Shown: positions 23,654 to 38,710, numbered from the whole stretch's first letter. The stretch is 63,545 nt of DNA, filler included, from Octopus bimaculoides (GCF_001194135.2; 10 parts of 9 records of this genome joined end to end with filler, not necessarily neighbours in it); one strand, 5' to 3'. Notes: generated by a model not told the origin, from the sequence alone. A program made the numbers and translations.

Positions 23654-24955
23654 AAAAATTGCATTTATATCCTTTGATAGATTATCCAATTCCTTGAAAA
23701 TTGTACAGATGACCGTCTCTCATTAGGAAGCTTTATCATTTGATTACTTGCTGCTTGTTTGAACCCCTTTCATTAAAAATTTGGCAGAATAATTAGTAAA
23801 ACTGACAGAAAGTATCACAGCATTACTTCCGGCTATACGTGAAAAATTTAAATTTCGTGGACGTTGACCTTCTATTTCATCCACTCCAAGTTCGATAAAA
23901 GAAGTGTCAGTTGAACGGTGAAATCGATGTAATCGATTAGCCTGCTTTTCCCTATTATCCAGGTCTTACGCCTATTGCAGACGTCACCGTCACTGCCGCG
24001 GCCGCCGCCGCCACCATCGCGCTGCCATCGCTGCTGTGGTTGTGGTGGTCGCTGTCACGTATCGTACACTATTGCACCACTTTGTTGACACTGCAAGGAA
24101 AGTTTTCTCGATAAAGTTTGAGATCTGCCGTCGAAAAAAGCCATAGCGTTACATCCTTCAGGCACTTGCATAGTCCTCTCTTAGCAGTGATACTAGGGTG
24201 GATTGTCATTGCCTTCTTCAACTGGATGGCCATTGGCTCATAAGCTGCATATCCACCCTTTGACAAGTTTTCTTAGTCCTGAGGGTGCTCAGACAACCTC
24301 CTCACAAGAATAGCAAGCTACTCAAGTGAAAAATCTGTTTACTCACCGAGCGTTATCTGTAATAGTTCTCATCAACCTGTGATGAGATCCCTGACCTATC
24401 TATACTAGAAAATATTATTTACGAAAGGTCATACCAATCTCAAGTTTGTGTTTCGTCATTTTCGGTTCAGTAAAATAATGTACAAAAGGAGATATTGACT
24501 TCAAAATATTGAAAATTCACTTGACAAGGATGTGCCAACGTCAGATTGTTTTTGTTTGTTTCCAAACATTTGTTGATTGTTTTTTTTTTTTTTTGTTTTT
24601 CAATTCTCAATGGATTGATTTAAAATTTTCTACAGATGTAGATTTGCAATCTGATGACGAATATCGCATTCAATTTTTCGAAAAATAAGTTTTTAACAGC
24701 ATAGAAACATTTAAAGAGATATGTTTTTGGTCAATTAACGAGTCGTTTCCTCGCAAGCTAAAGTCGAAGCTGTTTGCTGCTATGGTAACCTCGAAGAAGA
24801 CAAGCATGTGGTATCTTTTCAAATGANNNNNNNNNNNNNNNNNNNNNNNNNTAATGAAAGAAATGAAAACAAACAAAAATGTTTTTTTTTTCTAAAAGAT
24901 AAAAGAAAACAATGATGAATGATGGATATTTTCTTGAAGATTTATATTTATATAA

Positions 24956-25063
<108 letters not shown>

Positions 25064-25096
25064 AAGAATACGCCTGAAGAGGAAGAGAAAAAAAAA

Positions 25097-25230
25097 CTAC
25101 TAACATCTAAGAACATGCACCACCGAAGATCAGGCATTGATCGTCTGTACCTCCCTACAAGTATTGGGAGAAGGTGAGTGATTCAAGTAGAACTGAGCTA
25201 TAACACTTCCATCATAGCAATGAACAAGTA
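25097..25230 (+). pseudogene. R4/Dong-like (RLE-type) non-LTR retroelement fragment, post-RT region
   Basis: LLTSKNMHHRRSGIDRLYLPTSIGRR*VIQVELSYNTSIIAMNKY resembles the MHHPKSDxxRLYLPRxxGGRGL motif. Confidence 0.6.
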
Positions 25231-26768
25231 CTTCTCCAAAAGATTGTGGTGACAAATACTGCCCACATCCTTTGATTAACCCCTTCCAGCCACGTACTTC
25301 TTCTAACAGACACGAACACCAGTCATTGTCTCCTACTACACTTACAGTATGCGCAGCCTTCTTTGTATTCAAATGAATTACTTGCTGAAGCAGAGTTTCC
25401 AGAACATTTTAAACTTCCGCGGTGAGGACAGTGGCTAAAATGTCATTGGCTTAAAATGAGTAATTTAAAATATTCTTTCTTATATGTTATTAATCTCCCA
25501 AAAGATGACTGCGATATTCTGCATTACAATACGAAATTATGTCATTCGGTTTTGTGACTAGAAGCAAAAGAAAAACATCGCCAACATCAAACATTGTTGT
25601 TAAATAAATTAAAAATGTGTATTTCAATTTGCGTGATATGATACCCGTACATTATCGTTAGAATTCGATACCATAACGTATCTACCCCTGCGTTCTACAC
25701 ATTGATCTAAATGTTTTAGAGTAATTATATTTTATCTCCACGATAGTCTCAGGGCAGTCAGTAATGAGTTCAAATGCCAAATTTCTTTAAAAAATAATTG
25801 TGCTTACAGTGTATGCGTATTCATAAGCAAATAACATTCTTCAACGACAAAATTTGATATTTGAAAACAAAAAAAAAAAACAACGAAAAAGAGGAAGAAA
25901 ATAATTCACAGACTTACAAAATAAAAGTAGTGAGTGACATGACGTATAATACAATGCCATAAGCAAATATTTCTATATGGAGAATATTAAATAAGAGTAT
26001 AGCAAACGTTACACATATTCTTTTATTGTTTAATTTTCAATATGAGATGAATTATATATACAAAAAGAAAGATGTATTTAATAATAGGCAAAGAATATTC
26101 TGTCATTTCCTGAAACTATTCATAGACTAGGAACACTAACGCTATTTGTGAATTTTTTGATGTGTGTGATAACAACATAAACAGAAAGAACAAAAGAATA
26201 AGAATAATGAAATTCGCTACGCTGCATCACGATTTAACAGAGGGAAATAGATCACAAATGTGATTATTTATTAACAAACATGCATGCATCGACACACACA
26301 CACACAAAACTGTATCAAACATATCATATCATATATATACATACATACAAATATGTGTGCCCGTGTGTATGCATGTATACATATATTTGTGTGTATATGT
26401 GTATATGTACACATATATTAGATGTACGTCTGTATGCTTGTTGACGCATGAATGTTTACTAATACTACTACCACCACCAACACTACCACCGCCACCACTA
26501 CTACTACTACTACTACTACATGATTATATATTTGTAGTATTGATAGGTGTATTATCATTCATCTCTCCATAGGTCAGAAGCAACAGAACTTACAGTAAAA
26601 ATAATATGCTGGGTTTACATTCATACCATCAAATAATATATTTCTGGTGTTGGCATATAACTGGTCAGAATGGAAATATTAAAGAGTTTTCACCACTATG
26701 TCGGAAGTCATGGATATTTTACCGTGTCAATATTAGGCATAAAAACTGGAGTAATATTTTAGTCATAC

Positions 26769-27152
26769 TTATGAGAGATCTGGGCATCAACATGTGTACT
26801 GATGCATCATTTCACATGCACATTGTCAAGTTGACAGCAAGGTGCAGACAACTGGCGGGGTGGATACTGAGGACTTTCCGTACAAGGGATCAAAAAGTCA
26901 TGTTGATTCTATGGAAGACATTTGTTCTGAGCCGCCTAGACTATTGCTCTCAGTTGTGGTCACCACACAGTGTTAAGCGGACAGCAGAACTCGAGGCAAT
27001 TCAGCGGCACTATACAAAAAAGATCGCCACAGTCCAACAGATGAACTACAGGGAGCGACTGAAGGCACTAGGTCTCTACTCCCTGGAGCGCAGGCGGGAG
27101 AGATATGTAATAATATACATATGGAAAATACTGGAAGGACTGGTGCCAAACT
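26769..27152 (+). pseudogene. CR1/L2-group LINE RT C-terminal fragment, open until the gap
   Basis: RDLGINM...GWILRTFRTRD...LWKTFVLSRLDYCSQLWSP...LEAIQRHYTKKI...NYRERLKALGLYSLERRRERY. Confidence 0.9.
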
Positions 27153-27252
27153 NNNNNNNNNNNNNNNNNNNNNNNNNNNNNNNNNNNNNNNNNNNNTTAA
27201 TTAATTAANNNNNNNNNNNNNNNNNNNNNNNNNNNNNNNNNNNNNNNNNNNN

Positions 27253-27395
27253 TATATATACGACGGGTTTCTTTCAGTTTCCGTCAACAAATCCACTCAC
27301 AAGGCTTTGGTCGGCCCGAGGCTATAGCAGAAGACGCTTACCCAAGGAGACTGAATCCGGAACCATGTGGTTGGTAAGCAAGCTACTTACCACAG
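27253..27395 (-). mobile_element. SINE family B, 5' half
   Basis: ctttcagtttccgtcaacaaatccactcacaaggctttggtcggcccgaggctatag. Confidence 0.8.
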
Positions 27396-27819
27396 ATTGC
27401 TTTACAGGCAAGAAAGGTTAGAAAATTTTCTTCATGTTAAATGAAAATATCACGATGGAAGCGAGAATAGGTGAGATGGAAGTCAGAATAGCAGGATAGA
27501 GATGTGTACGTGAGATAACTTCATTGGAGGAAACTCGAGAGGTTCTGAGAGAAATACTGCAAAAGGTAAAAACAGGAAGCGTAAACGCCTGATTGAAACT
27601 TAACGTTAAACAAAAATCATGTTACCCTTAACTGTAAACATATTTAAGATTTAAGATCAGTAGGTGGAGGTAGTAATTGAGTTTATCTTTGTTACATCCA
27701 AGATTAGAAGTGAGAGGTGCTCAAATGAAATTAAAGAAAAATAGTTCTTTAAAGTGTTGCTATGATGGGACTACAGAAAACAATGGCTTAAGATGTTTGT
27801 ACAAGGACAGCAATTTTAA

Positions 27820-28000
27820 GGTAGACAGTAGGTCGATTACATCGAGCCCAGTGTTCAACTGATATTTATTCTATCGACACCGATAGGATGAAAGGCAATG
27901 ACTATCTCGGCAGAATTTGAGCCAGAAACGTAAATAGCCGGAAAAAAATCTCTCCAAAGGATTCTGTCAGACACGCTAATGATTCTGGCTCTCCGCTGCC
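27820..28000 (-). mobile_element. SINE family A, degenerate
   Basis: ggatgaaaggcaatgactatctcggcagaatttgagccagaacgt. Confidence 0.6.
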
Positions 28001-28479
28001 TTCGGGACCATAGAAAATAATACTTTGTACTATAAGAACAAGGCATAAAATTTTGGGGGAGGGAAAATAAAGCTGAGCGAAATGCCGCTAAGCATTGTGT
28101 CCGGCTAGCTAACGATTATGCCAGCCCTCCGCCTTTGGGGTGGAGACTACAGAAAATAAAGAAAGATAAATGTGTGAAGGCAAAGAGTAAAGGGAAAATT
28201 GTCAAAATTATTGGTATATCTTTATTGGATTTGCCTATGAAAGACTGATATATTCACTAAGAATATACCAATTAAAGGTGAGAAATTAACAAACAAGTTC
28301 GAAGGAAAGTTAATGTGCATTTGGAATGTGCTTTTGGAGATTGTTGACGATATCATGGAAGAAAAGAACAAATAGCTCATTACTGAAACATATGAAACTT
28401 TAGGGTCTTCGAGAAGCATTCGGTATCAGGGTTGAAGCATTGTAAGCAACATTATGAGAACGGGTAAACTGGTAGGATC

Positions 28480-28670
28480 GCTCGGACATAATACTTAGAG
28501 GGATTTCTCCCGGCTCCATACGTTCTGAGTTCAAATCTCGCAGAGGTCAACCTTACCATTCATCTTTCCAGAGTTGAGAAAATAAAGTACCAGTCAATTA
28601 CCGGAGTCGATGAAATCAACTAGGACCCTCCCCACTGAAATTACTGGCTTTGTGCCAAAAAAATTCGTAA
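28480..28670 (+). mobile_element. SINE family A, degenerate
   Basis: cgttctgagttcaaatctcgcagaggtcaacc. Confidence 0.6.
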
Positions 28671-29659
28671 CAGTTATGTGAACAGATGGTATGGAATAGA
28701 GTATTAAGAAGGAAAAGGAAGATCAAATATAAGGTTGATAGATGAGGTGAAGGAAGTAGGTGAGATGACCTCCTTGAATAAGGTTCAGATCTGTATGATG
28801 AATGGCTGGAATTAGAGAAAATTTCGTCCGAAATTACAACAGGACAGAGTGTGTGTACGTTTGCGCGTATGTATGTGTACATATATATGATACAGATATT
28901 AAATACATTATGTAAATATAATCATAAGCTTAAGCTTATAAGCGATCAACGTGTATTGACTAAAGAAAATGGTCTAATATTGGGGCATATAAACCTGTGC
29001 CGAAAATCTGGGTATAGTACGTGTCCCAATATTAGATTATTTTCAATAGCCAATATACGGTGAACGCTTAAAAGCTTCAGCTTATATTTACAGAATTTAC
29101 CCTTGTCACCGTCTAACTTAACGCTAAATATATTGTGTGTGTGTGTGTGTGTGTGTGTGTGGTGTATTGTGAAGGCCTTGTGATTAGAGTGTTGCAGTTA
29201 CGAGGTGGTAGAAGTGCCGCTAAGCGTTTTGTCCGATACGCTAGCTATCCTACCAACGCGCTCATTACTAGGTAGATAATAATACTTATAATTGATCCTA
29301 TTTTTGAACGACATTCAAATTTCTTTCGTACGCACGTTTCTATAAGCAAAGAAATCGAAGACTACACTTCCCTGAAAGTTTATTTGCTCAGTCAGAGAAT
29401 AATGTTTGATCACACTGAATATTTTTTACCTTATCACTGCATAACCCTACTGTGTTTATTTCTGACACTGAAACCTTTGGAAGCAATCAAATCGTTTTTA
29501 TTACTAATATAAAGAGCCTTCCGTTCCTTTTATTTCAGATGTTTATTAAATGTTGCTGACAGTGACACTAAAAGAGTTTTTATACAGTAACTCTAACCGC
29601 TAGAAATAGCTACAAAGATTCGTTATGTGCTTCATAAACAATAATTGTCCTTTCCAGTC

Positions 29660-29990
29660 TATCTGTGTCACAAGTTATGACTGTCGCCTCTCATATAGAC
29701 CTATGTCACAAATCATAGTTGCCCTATCCAATATAGTTATGTATCGCAAATTATAACAACGCCGCTAGTTTATCTATGCATCACAAGTGGCTGTCACAAG
29801 TCATAACTGTTTTCTCCAGTGTAGCTGTGTGTCACAAGTGATAGATAGTTGTTCTCTACAGCATCGTTTTGTGTCACAGTCTACAGATAACTGTTTTCTC
29901 CTGTGTAACTGTGTGTCACAAATTACAGATAACCATTCTCTCCAACATCTCTACAACCAGATAACTGGTTTCTCCATTGTAGTTGTTATA
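29660..29990. repeat. Degenerate ~38-42-bp minisatellite
   Basis: gtgtcacaa-type motif recurs at about 29665, 29704, 29742, 29792, 29829, 29871 and 29913. Confidence 0.7.
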
Positions 29991-30486
29991 TATACCTTGT
30001 ACCCGTCTATGCAGCAATAATTTTTCTCTTCCACACCATTTCGGCCTACCACTACACACTGATAAACTCCACTGCATACAATTGCCTCCCTTGCTTACAT
30101 ACTCTTAACCCTATCACTCTCCCTTTCTCAATTAGCCTATACCTTTTCTACATACCCATAACCCAAGAGTCAGAACATGTGTGGATGTTGGGGGGGTCTC
30201 TCGGATGAATTGCACCTATGACTGAAAGGGACAGAATGATCATACTGTCACGCCGATTCCTTCTGAGAATTACATTAAGAGTGCACGTACGTGTCGAATA
30301 ATATATTGATCACAGGAACTAATACTATACATATAATTCAATGAGCAGACATTTCATTTGATCAAACAGTTGGAATACTCATCCTCGCAACCGACGAAGG
30401 CTCCCATTTAATTAAAGAGATATTTTTACATTAACTTGTCGACATCTGACAATCAAATACCTCTACTCACGGTTAAAATAGCTCTG

Positions 30487-30532
<46 letters not shown>

Positions 30533-30852
30533 CGCGCACGCTTCGTGTGTATGTATGTGTGTGTTTACGTATGTTTGCATGAGTTTGTGTGCATACATGC
30601 ATATATGTACACACACACACGCTTATATATATATGTATACACACGCACACACACACTAACTCACACACGCACAAAAACATACATATACACACACACACGC
30701 ACTCACACATATACACATAGGGAATATTTCTCATCTCTCAACACATACCTCTACCTGCACCTCTCACCTGTTTCTCTGTTTCTTTCACTACATAAGCCCT
30801 ATCTCTTGATTTATTTGTTCTTCTACAATATCTCTCCATTTCTTTACCCTTC

Positions 30853-30969
<117 letters not shown>

Positions 30970-31255
30970 ACACAAATACACACTCGATCATACAATAATT
31001 CTCGCAGTTTATTTATTCTATTCAAATTTTTTTTTCAATAATTTGCAGTCGTTTTCTTTTTCCGTGTTGCTTCTACTCCTGGCTCTCACCCTACCTGCTT
31101 ACCTGCCTTCATGCCTACTACCTATCCACCTTCCTCCCTACTTAACTGCTTACCGACCAACCTACCTGTCTGCGTATGTATGCATATATGCGCGTATGCG
31201 TGTATGTATGTATGAATGTATGTATATATGCATGTATGCATACGTGCATGTATGC

Positions 31256-31296
<41 letters not shown>

Positions 31297-31430
31297 CATG
31301 TATATACAAACATATATGTATGAATGTATGTATGTATGCATGCATGTATGCATGCATGTATGTATGTATGTATGTACGTATGCATGTATGTATATATACA
31401 TATCCATACATACATACACAAGTATATGTA

Positions 31431-31485
<55 letters not shown>

Positions 31486-31599
31486 NNNNNNNNNNNNNNN
31501 NNNNNNNNNNNNNNNNNNNNNNNNNNNNNNNNNNNNNNNNNNNNNNNNNNNNNNNNNNNNNNNNNNNNNNNNNNNNNNNATGTATCTATACATATAGTA

Positions 31600-31638
<39 letters not shown>

Positions 31639-31692
31639 TCTCTCTCCCTCTCTCTCTCTCTATATATATATATGTGTGTGTATATATATATA

Positions 31693-31753
<61 letters not shown>

Positions 31754-33682
31754 ATACGTGTATCAAAACGTGCAGTAAACTTATAAAATAATTACTCGCA
31801 AGATTTTCTTTTTCATTAAATCCGCAGCCAGAGTAAGGCGATGGATGAGGCAATGATGTTTATGGATGAGGGAGTCTGTGATTTTTTTTCTTTTCTCTTT
31901 ACTTTTCACCTTGTTGATAATCAAGTGAATGAAAACGAAGAAAAAGCAGGAAAGTAAGAGAGATGGGGGAGCGATATCAGAGACAATGGCTTTAAATAAG
32001 CAGCAACATGCGCTTTATTGATAATCAGTGTAATTAAAAATCTGAAAATTAAATAGCACTATAGAAAATGATCTAGCGCCCCATGTTTCCTTTTATACAG
32101 AGGTTGGATGCGTGAAAGTACGATTTTCTACCATTTTGTTGCAAGCATCAGTTCGTTCATTCGCTTATTCGTTCGTTCGTTCGTTCGTTCGCTGAGCCAT
32201 TCATTCTTTCATTCATTCTTGTGTGAGAGGACGTATCGTTATTATCATGTACTACAAATCTACACGCCAATTTCGAATTAGGATGGTGGTGCTCTGAAAA
32301 CGTGTCGTTTCCGTATTCTTCTTTCATCTATTCCGTTGGCGGTTAAGTGTTAGCGAAGGGTTTTCAGCGTGCTTTGCTCAAAGCTCACTGAAGTGCAAGT
32401 GATGATGGCAGCAATCATTAAAAAAAAAAAGCAAGAAAAAAACAAAGAAACCAGCAACAGGAGAAGCGATTTCAATGCATTTCAACCACTTTCTCACCAC
32501 TGACCGACCCCGCCAGAGGTGACACGCAACGACACAACAACTTATAATTTGATAGCCATCATTACATAACAGCACACGCTACCTGGTCATTACAACAACT
32601 GCAACATCCCCAGAGTGACCACCATCGCAGTATTGCTTTCTTAACAGCACTACGAATCAAAATATCTTAATATTATATCTGCAAGTATGCATAAATGACA
32701 AAATCACATTACTAGTTATGTCCACACCACAATAGCAACCACGAAAAAATCAACAACAAAACTACATCCCTCAGACACAATCGTCGTGATCATTATACTA
32801 CATCTGTAACTGGACCAGTACTAGAGAAGCCATCTCTCATTTAGATGCCCTGCTGAAACACTGACTACACCATATTCACTGCGAGCGCACAAAAGGACAT
32901 TCTATGATTATATCCAACCGACTTAAAAACAAAGCCCACTCTATATACATATATATGTATGAGGAGAAAACAAGGGTGGTCATGGATGCAACGGAATAGA
33001 TCTCAGTTTGGTCGATCAGAGCTAACATGGGTTAAACAGTACCAGCAACACTCCATTGCTACAGGCACTCCTACAACCTTCAATACCACTAGCGGCAGTA
33101 ATTTCATAGCTCCTATACTACAACGCCAATCACCAGCCTCTCATTGCTCCCACATCAGTCTAGTTTTTACTGAGCCTCTCTTTTGTTAAAAAAATAGTGC
33201 TTTAATGATAACCAATATCTATGAAAAGGTGCAGAGTTATGATTCCTCTTACAGCAGTAATTATATTAAAGGTTCGGCAGTCTTGATTTAAAATATACAT
33301 GAACAACCTGAAACTTACCATTCTGGAGACGACTACCAACACTTGAATGTAGTACGCTTGAACAGTTGCGAAGTTGTCTTCATATGAAACCATTGGTAGG
33401 CTTGTTAACACATGAATAAAATGTGTGTGGCGGGGTGGGGCAAAAAAAGTGAAAGAACGAGTACATATATATNNNNNNNNNNNNNNNNNNNNNNNNNNNN
33501 NNNNNNNNNNNNNNNNNNNNNNNNNNNNNNNNNNNNNNNNNNNNNNNNNNNNNNNNNNNNNNNNNNNNNNNNNNNNNNNNNNNNNNNNNNNNNNNNNNNN
33601 NNNNNNNNNNNNNNNNNNNNNNNNNNNNNNNNNNNNNNNNNNNNNNNNNNNNNNNNNNNNNNNNNNNNNNNNNNNNNNNNNN

Positions 33683-33741
<59 letters not shown>

Positions 33742-33761
33742 TTATTTTGCATTTATTTTAA

Positions 33762-33965
33762 AGGCGCCGAACTGGCAGATTTGATACCACGTCGGGAGAA
33801 AAATATTTAGCGGTGTCCCGTTCCTCTTTACGTAATGAGTTCAAATTCTGAGGCGGTCAATTTTGCTTTTTATCCTTTCGTGTTCGATAAAATAAATATC
33901 AATGGAGCACTGAGGTCGATGTCATCGACTCACCCACTCCCCTGAAATTGTTGGGCCTATGTCAA
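33762..33965 (+). mobile_element. SINE family A, degenerate
   Basis: aggcgccgaactggcag...gagttcaaattc...gtcgatgtcatcgac. Confidence 0.65.
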
Positions 33966-34384
33966 AATTACAAGAGAACGTTTAATTTATTTCACTATTT
34001 AATAAATATACATATATGGGATAGAAAGATAGATAAATGGATTGTTGTTCAAATAAATATCTCCTAAACGTTTGGAATAGAACATTGGCACCAAATCAAA
34101 CTACCTACAAGAATTTTATTACATTCTTTAGGTAAAGATGTCCTCAAAATCCTCTCCAAATTCCTGAAGTATACGTACTTTTGTTCCCTTAGCCCATTAT
34201 TCGCACATTTTTTGCATTATTTTATAATAGACTAGCAATGCACCCTGACGTTGCTCGGGTGTTATGACCTACAACCACACTGTATTATTTGTTCCTTTCT
34301 TATGAGCAGAATCGGCACACGAGGAGTATGAAGCAAACAACGCTTCTTTATAACCATGTTTTCGGTCATTTTCTGTTGAACAAC

Positions 34385-34540
34385 TCTGCAGTTTCTGCCT
34401 AACAGATCCAGTCACAAGTCTGTGTTTGGCCTAGGGCTATAGTAGAAACCACTCGCTCAAGATATCATGCAGAGGGACTGAACGTGGAACGATGTTGTTG
34501 GGAAGCAAACTTCTCAACCACCCAGTCATTCTTGCACCTA
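34385..34540 (-). mobile_element. SINE family B, 5' half, degenerate
   Basis: gggctatagtagaaaccac...gactgaac...gggaagcaaacttc. Confidence 0.6.
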
Positions 34541-35428
34541 ATATGTGTGTGTGTTTACATTTGTTGTTAGATCGAGTATTTTGTCCCACTATGTTTCAAA
34601 GTTAGCAGGTCATAAAGCAGAGATCTATAAAATAAATGGCAGATTGAAATGCGTACTGAAGTCAGTATGATTAATTAAATGTTTGAAGATGATACCCCAT
34701 AATGGCGACAGTCAAAAGACTAAACCCATTAGAATAATGTTTAAAGACTTAATGGCTTCAAATTTAAGGTAATGGATTACTAACCACAAGATAATAAGTT
34801 CAAATCTTCGTATTGAACTTCCACTCCATACGATAACACTATATGTACATCTCAGTCTACTTGACTTCCAATAATTAAGAATTGTAATTTGAAGTTGAAT
34901 GGTTAGCACTAAGAAAGACGTCCAGATTTCTTTAAAATTTATTGTGCAAAATATTCTGAGATGTATATTTTCACCACAACAAAGAACACGCAAAACACGG
35001 AGGTGTGTCTGTGGCAACTGGAATTATTACAAATAGTAGCCAAATCCCCCTTAACGCACACCCTTTTATCAAGAGAAAGACACAGATTTACAATATTTCA
35101 GGAATTAAAAAAAAAAAGTATGCGATATATGCATACAGGTACCTCTTAGTGGAAAGAGCTAGTTATATAACGTCGGAAAACTGCTTGAACTGTCAACTTC
35201 AAAAGAAAAATTACAAGCAATGTGATAATCTATACATAGATTATGTCATTATATATATACACAGAATAAACACACACACACGCACACACATAATACTATA
35301 GACATAAACACATGTATATATAGTATATATAAAGAGACATATACACATACTTAGACATATGTGTGCATATATAAAAGAGAAAGACTAAGTATATATAATA
35401 TACACATACATATACATGTATACATCAA

Positions 35429-35432
<4 letters not shown>

Positions 35433-35514
<82 letters not shown>
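35433..35514. repeat. (TA)n microsatellite
   Basis: Direct reading. Confidence 0.95.
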
Positions 35515-35517
<3 letters not shown>

Positions 35518-36137
35518 CGGTGGCCTCATATAACTATGTTAAATGTAATCTGAACCTAGAGTTGAATGATGAGATTGTCATTACGGTAGAGATAAGGTCC
35601 CCACTAGTTAATATTGGCATTAAACATTCGGTTCAGAAAACTAAACAATACATTCTTACTTCTCTAAGTCCAACTTTTACTGAAGCACTTGAGTCACCAC
35701 ATCTGCACTAGATTTAACGCGTGTTACACGTCAGCGTTCAACAGCAGGAACACAACGATTTTCAAGTTGACGTGATGATGGCGATGATGATGATGATGGT
35801 GGTGGTGGTGGTGGTGGTGGTGGTGGTGGTAATGATGGCGATGATGAGTTAAGGTGCTGGATGATGATAATGATCATACTGTGTAGACAGGTTTTTAGAC
35901 AACTATGGGATATGTATAAGCACGCGAGCTCGACAGTAGAAACAAACATACAAACTGACATATGCCCACGTATACGAGCTTCTGTTTAAGTGTATGTATG
36001 TATGGGCTCCAGCATGGCCACAGCCTTAGAGGTGAAATATGTAAAAGAGTAAAAGAATAAAAAAATACACATCATACACACATATCTATCTGTGTGTGTG
36101 TGTGTGTGTGTGTCAGTGTGTGTGTGTGTGTGCGTGT

Positions 36138-36177
<40 letters not shown>

Positions 36178-37812
36178 TGGCTGCCCATTCGTGACGGAGG
36201 AAGATCATTACCTACTATTGCTCATGCAAAATGTAAGCAATGCTCGAGCATGATGTTATAGCACCCGCAGTTGGCTTCATCCGGATTCGCACCTACATCT
36301 TCCATGCTTGCTGCAGCGTCCTCCTACTCGGCCGGTCTTCCGATAGTCCACCTCACCGACGACTGCGCAGATTAAAGGTTTAGGTTCAATAAGTCTTACA
36401 CAACACCTAGCAGACATTATTCACTATATCAGTATGGTCAGAAACAAGTGAGGGCAAGATATCCAGTGCCAAATGGGTCGCAGGCTCGGGAATGTGGGAA
36501 CGCCATGATCTCAAGCACAAACAAAAGATCCCCAAAATGTTCAACATCATTCCCTGCACACCTAGTGTTATATTAGAGTGACCTTTTCCTTGAAACATGC
36601 TTTACCAAAAAGGTAAGGGGTGCTTCACTCCCCGTGTCCTTCATATACGCCGGACACAAAGCTGGAACATCTGAAGGCCCGTGTTATGGCTAGATAGTTG
36701 TTGTATTCACACTAGGTCTATCCGTCTTGTTTTTAGTGCTGCCGGTTTTCTAACAATTCTCCTCACCAGGTACGTCTAGAGGGGGTACCGGTTTAGTCAC
36801 CGACGACCCGATCATGCAACAGGTTGTACGGGATTCTATGTTACCAGTAGCACTTATAAACTGACAAGAAATTTCACAAGTGACCTGACATAATATATAT
36901 ATATATATATATATATACAAAGACACATACATATACACACACACACACACATACATATACTGATGCAAGCACATGTGCATGTGTGCGCGCGCGCGCGGGT
37001 ATGTGAAAGAAATTAAAATAAATATTAGCGTGTGGGCGCGCGCGTGTGAATCAAGTATGCGGATTGGTATTTGTCAAAGGAAAGAACTCATAAGGGCGTA
37101 ATTGAAACAAATCAATACCAATTCTTACCGTTTACAAACAGCATTTAAAATACAGACTATAGTAAATATTGCAACTACAAAAGAATGCGATGCTTCAATT
37201 AAATTCCTTGATCTCTTTTCAAACCGTTCTCAATAGCATTATCGATTCAACAGGAAAGCGTTTGGGAGTAAGAATCAGCAGCAGACGATAAGACTATTTC
37301 TCCCTTCCAAATAGGAGTTTTCTTTCGAAATTGAGTTTGCAAATGATATCTAGAATTTTCTGTCAGTCACCCGTGAACGATGCAACCAAAGCAATGTTTA
37401 ACTAAGCATGCAATTACAGATAGAATACGGCTTGCTGCATCTTCAAGCACGTTAGCATGCAGCCTGCAAAGGAGCATTACGCATGCGAACCACCGATTGC
37501 GTTTGAAAGTTAAATTAGAAGGACCCTTGTGACAGAGACTGCGTTGAGTGGTTGTATGAAAAAAAATCGATCAAACTAACTGCAACATTTATCCAGTCGC
37601 TGATATTGATGCGTTTGGTAATATCATTCGTTGGCTTTCAAATGACCAAGCGTGAGAAAAAAAAAGGAAAGAAGAGAACAGGAATATTATACCAGTATGA
37701 AAATGATAGCAGTAGTTACAAGAAAAAAGAAAAAAAAAAATTGTGTGCCGGAGCATCGTGCGAAATGCAAATTACAATTGACTCTAACATTCCTCGATAG
37801 ATATAGCTGCAA

Positions 37813-38015
37813 AGTGGCGAGCTGGCTGAATCGTTAGAATGTCGGGCTAATTGTTTAGCGGTATTTCGTCCGTCTTTACGTTCTGAGTTCAAATTCCGCC
37901 GAGGTCGACTTTGCCTTTCATCCTTTTGTGGGTCGATTATATAAGTACCGGCTGAACACTGAGGTCTAACACTTAATATCCCCACCCCAAAATTTCTAGC
38001 CTTATGCCAAAATTT
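37813..38015 (+). mobile_element. SINE family A, full length
   Basis: gtggcgagctggctgaatcgttag...cgttctgagttcaaattccgccgaggtcgactttgcc. Confidence 0.85.
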
Positions 38016-38557
38016 GAAATCAATTAATGTATTTGTAAGCAGGTATCACCAACAAAGCTTTGGATTTCTGCTGTAAGCTGTCGGAACAGTATAAGAGTGA
38101 TGAATGTTCCATTAGAACAGTAATGTGTTCAAATCCTCCTGCTAACATAATTTGGGGATGAGAGTGAAGGCACAAACTCATCTTAGATACATTACGTAGG
38201 AACAAAATAACCAATAATAATGCTCCTAAAGGCGAATCTGGTATTGAACTCAACATCAATACAGCAGCTTCCACCGAGAGTTCGTAATTCCACATTTTGC
38301 ATTCTAGAACTTTCGATGTAGCAACATTAAAAAAAAATTGTCTTTGAACACACACACACACATAAAGAAATTTCTTTTGGGCATTTAAGAGGTAAAATAA
38401 ACTGATGCTTAGCAGTTGTTGCTCGATGTTAAAGACAGGAGAGTTAAATTAAATTCTCCTTCATAGAAGACACAAGGTAGTATTTGATCCATCTCTCTCC
38501 CATTCTGTTGGGGACAATAAAATTCACTTCTATATTTAAGCGATGACAGATGACAAA

Positions 38558-38710
38558 TTATGTACATTATTTGCATTTGACGGATATTTGTCCTCATCTT
38601 GTTTGTTGTTAACACAACGTTTTGGCTGATATACCATCCAGCCGTCATCAGGTTTCTTGGGGAAATTTCGAACCTGGGTTGTCATTCCTAAGGTATTTTC
38701 GATGTTGTTG

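Noticed and set aside
24069-24266. Protein-looking 65-aa ORF
   Set aside because: No motif recognised; length expected by chance.
24651-24680. CUGAUGA...GAAA
   Set aside because: No stems I/III and no NUH triplet.
28250-28375. Frameshifted YSLKNIPI resembling the PLE N-terminus
   Set aside because: Downstream sequence lacks RMRWK and GFKS; likely chance.
29660-29990. CRISPR-like repeat-spacer array
   Set aside because: Eukaryotic context, degenerate repeats, related spacers and no cas genes.
33314-33400. Minus-strand segment ending in a GTAAGT donor
   Set aside because: Weak acceptor and unrecognisable peptide.
35564-35682. ATGATGA ... CTGA, C/D snoRNA-like
   Set aside because: No terminal stem and no recognisable rRNA antisense element.
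38020-38361. 113-aa minus-strand ORF in unique sequence
   Set aside because: Starts in a TG repeat, no recognisable domain, no convincing splice pair; cannot be supported without expression data.
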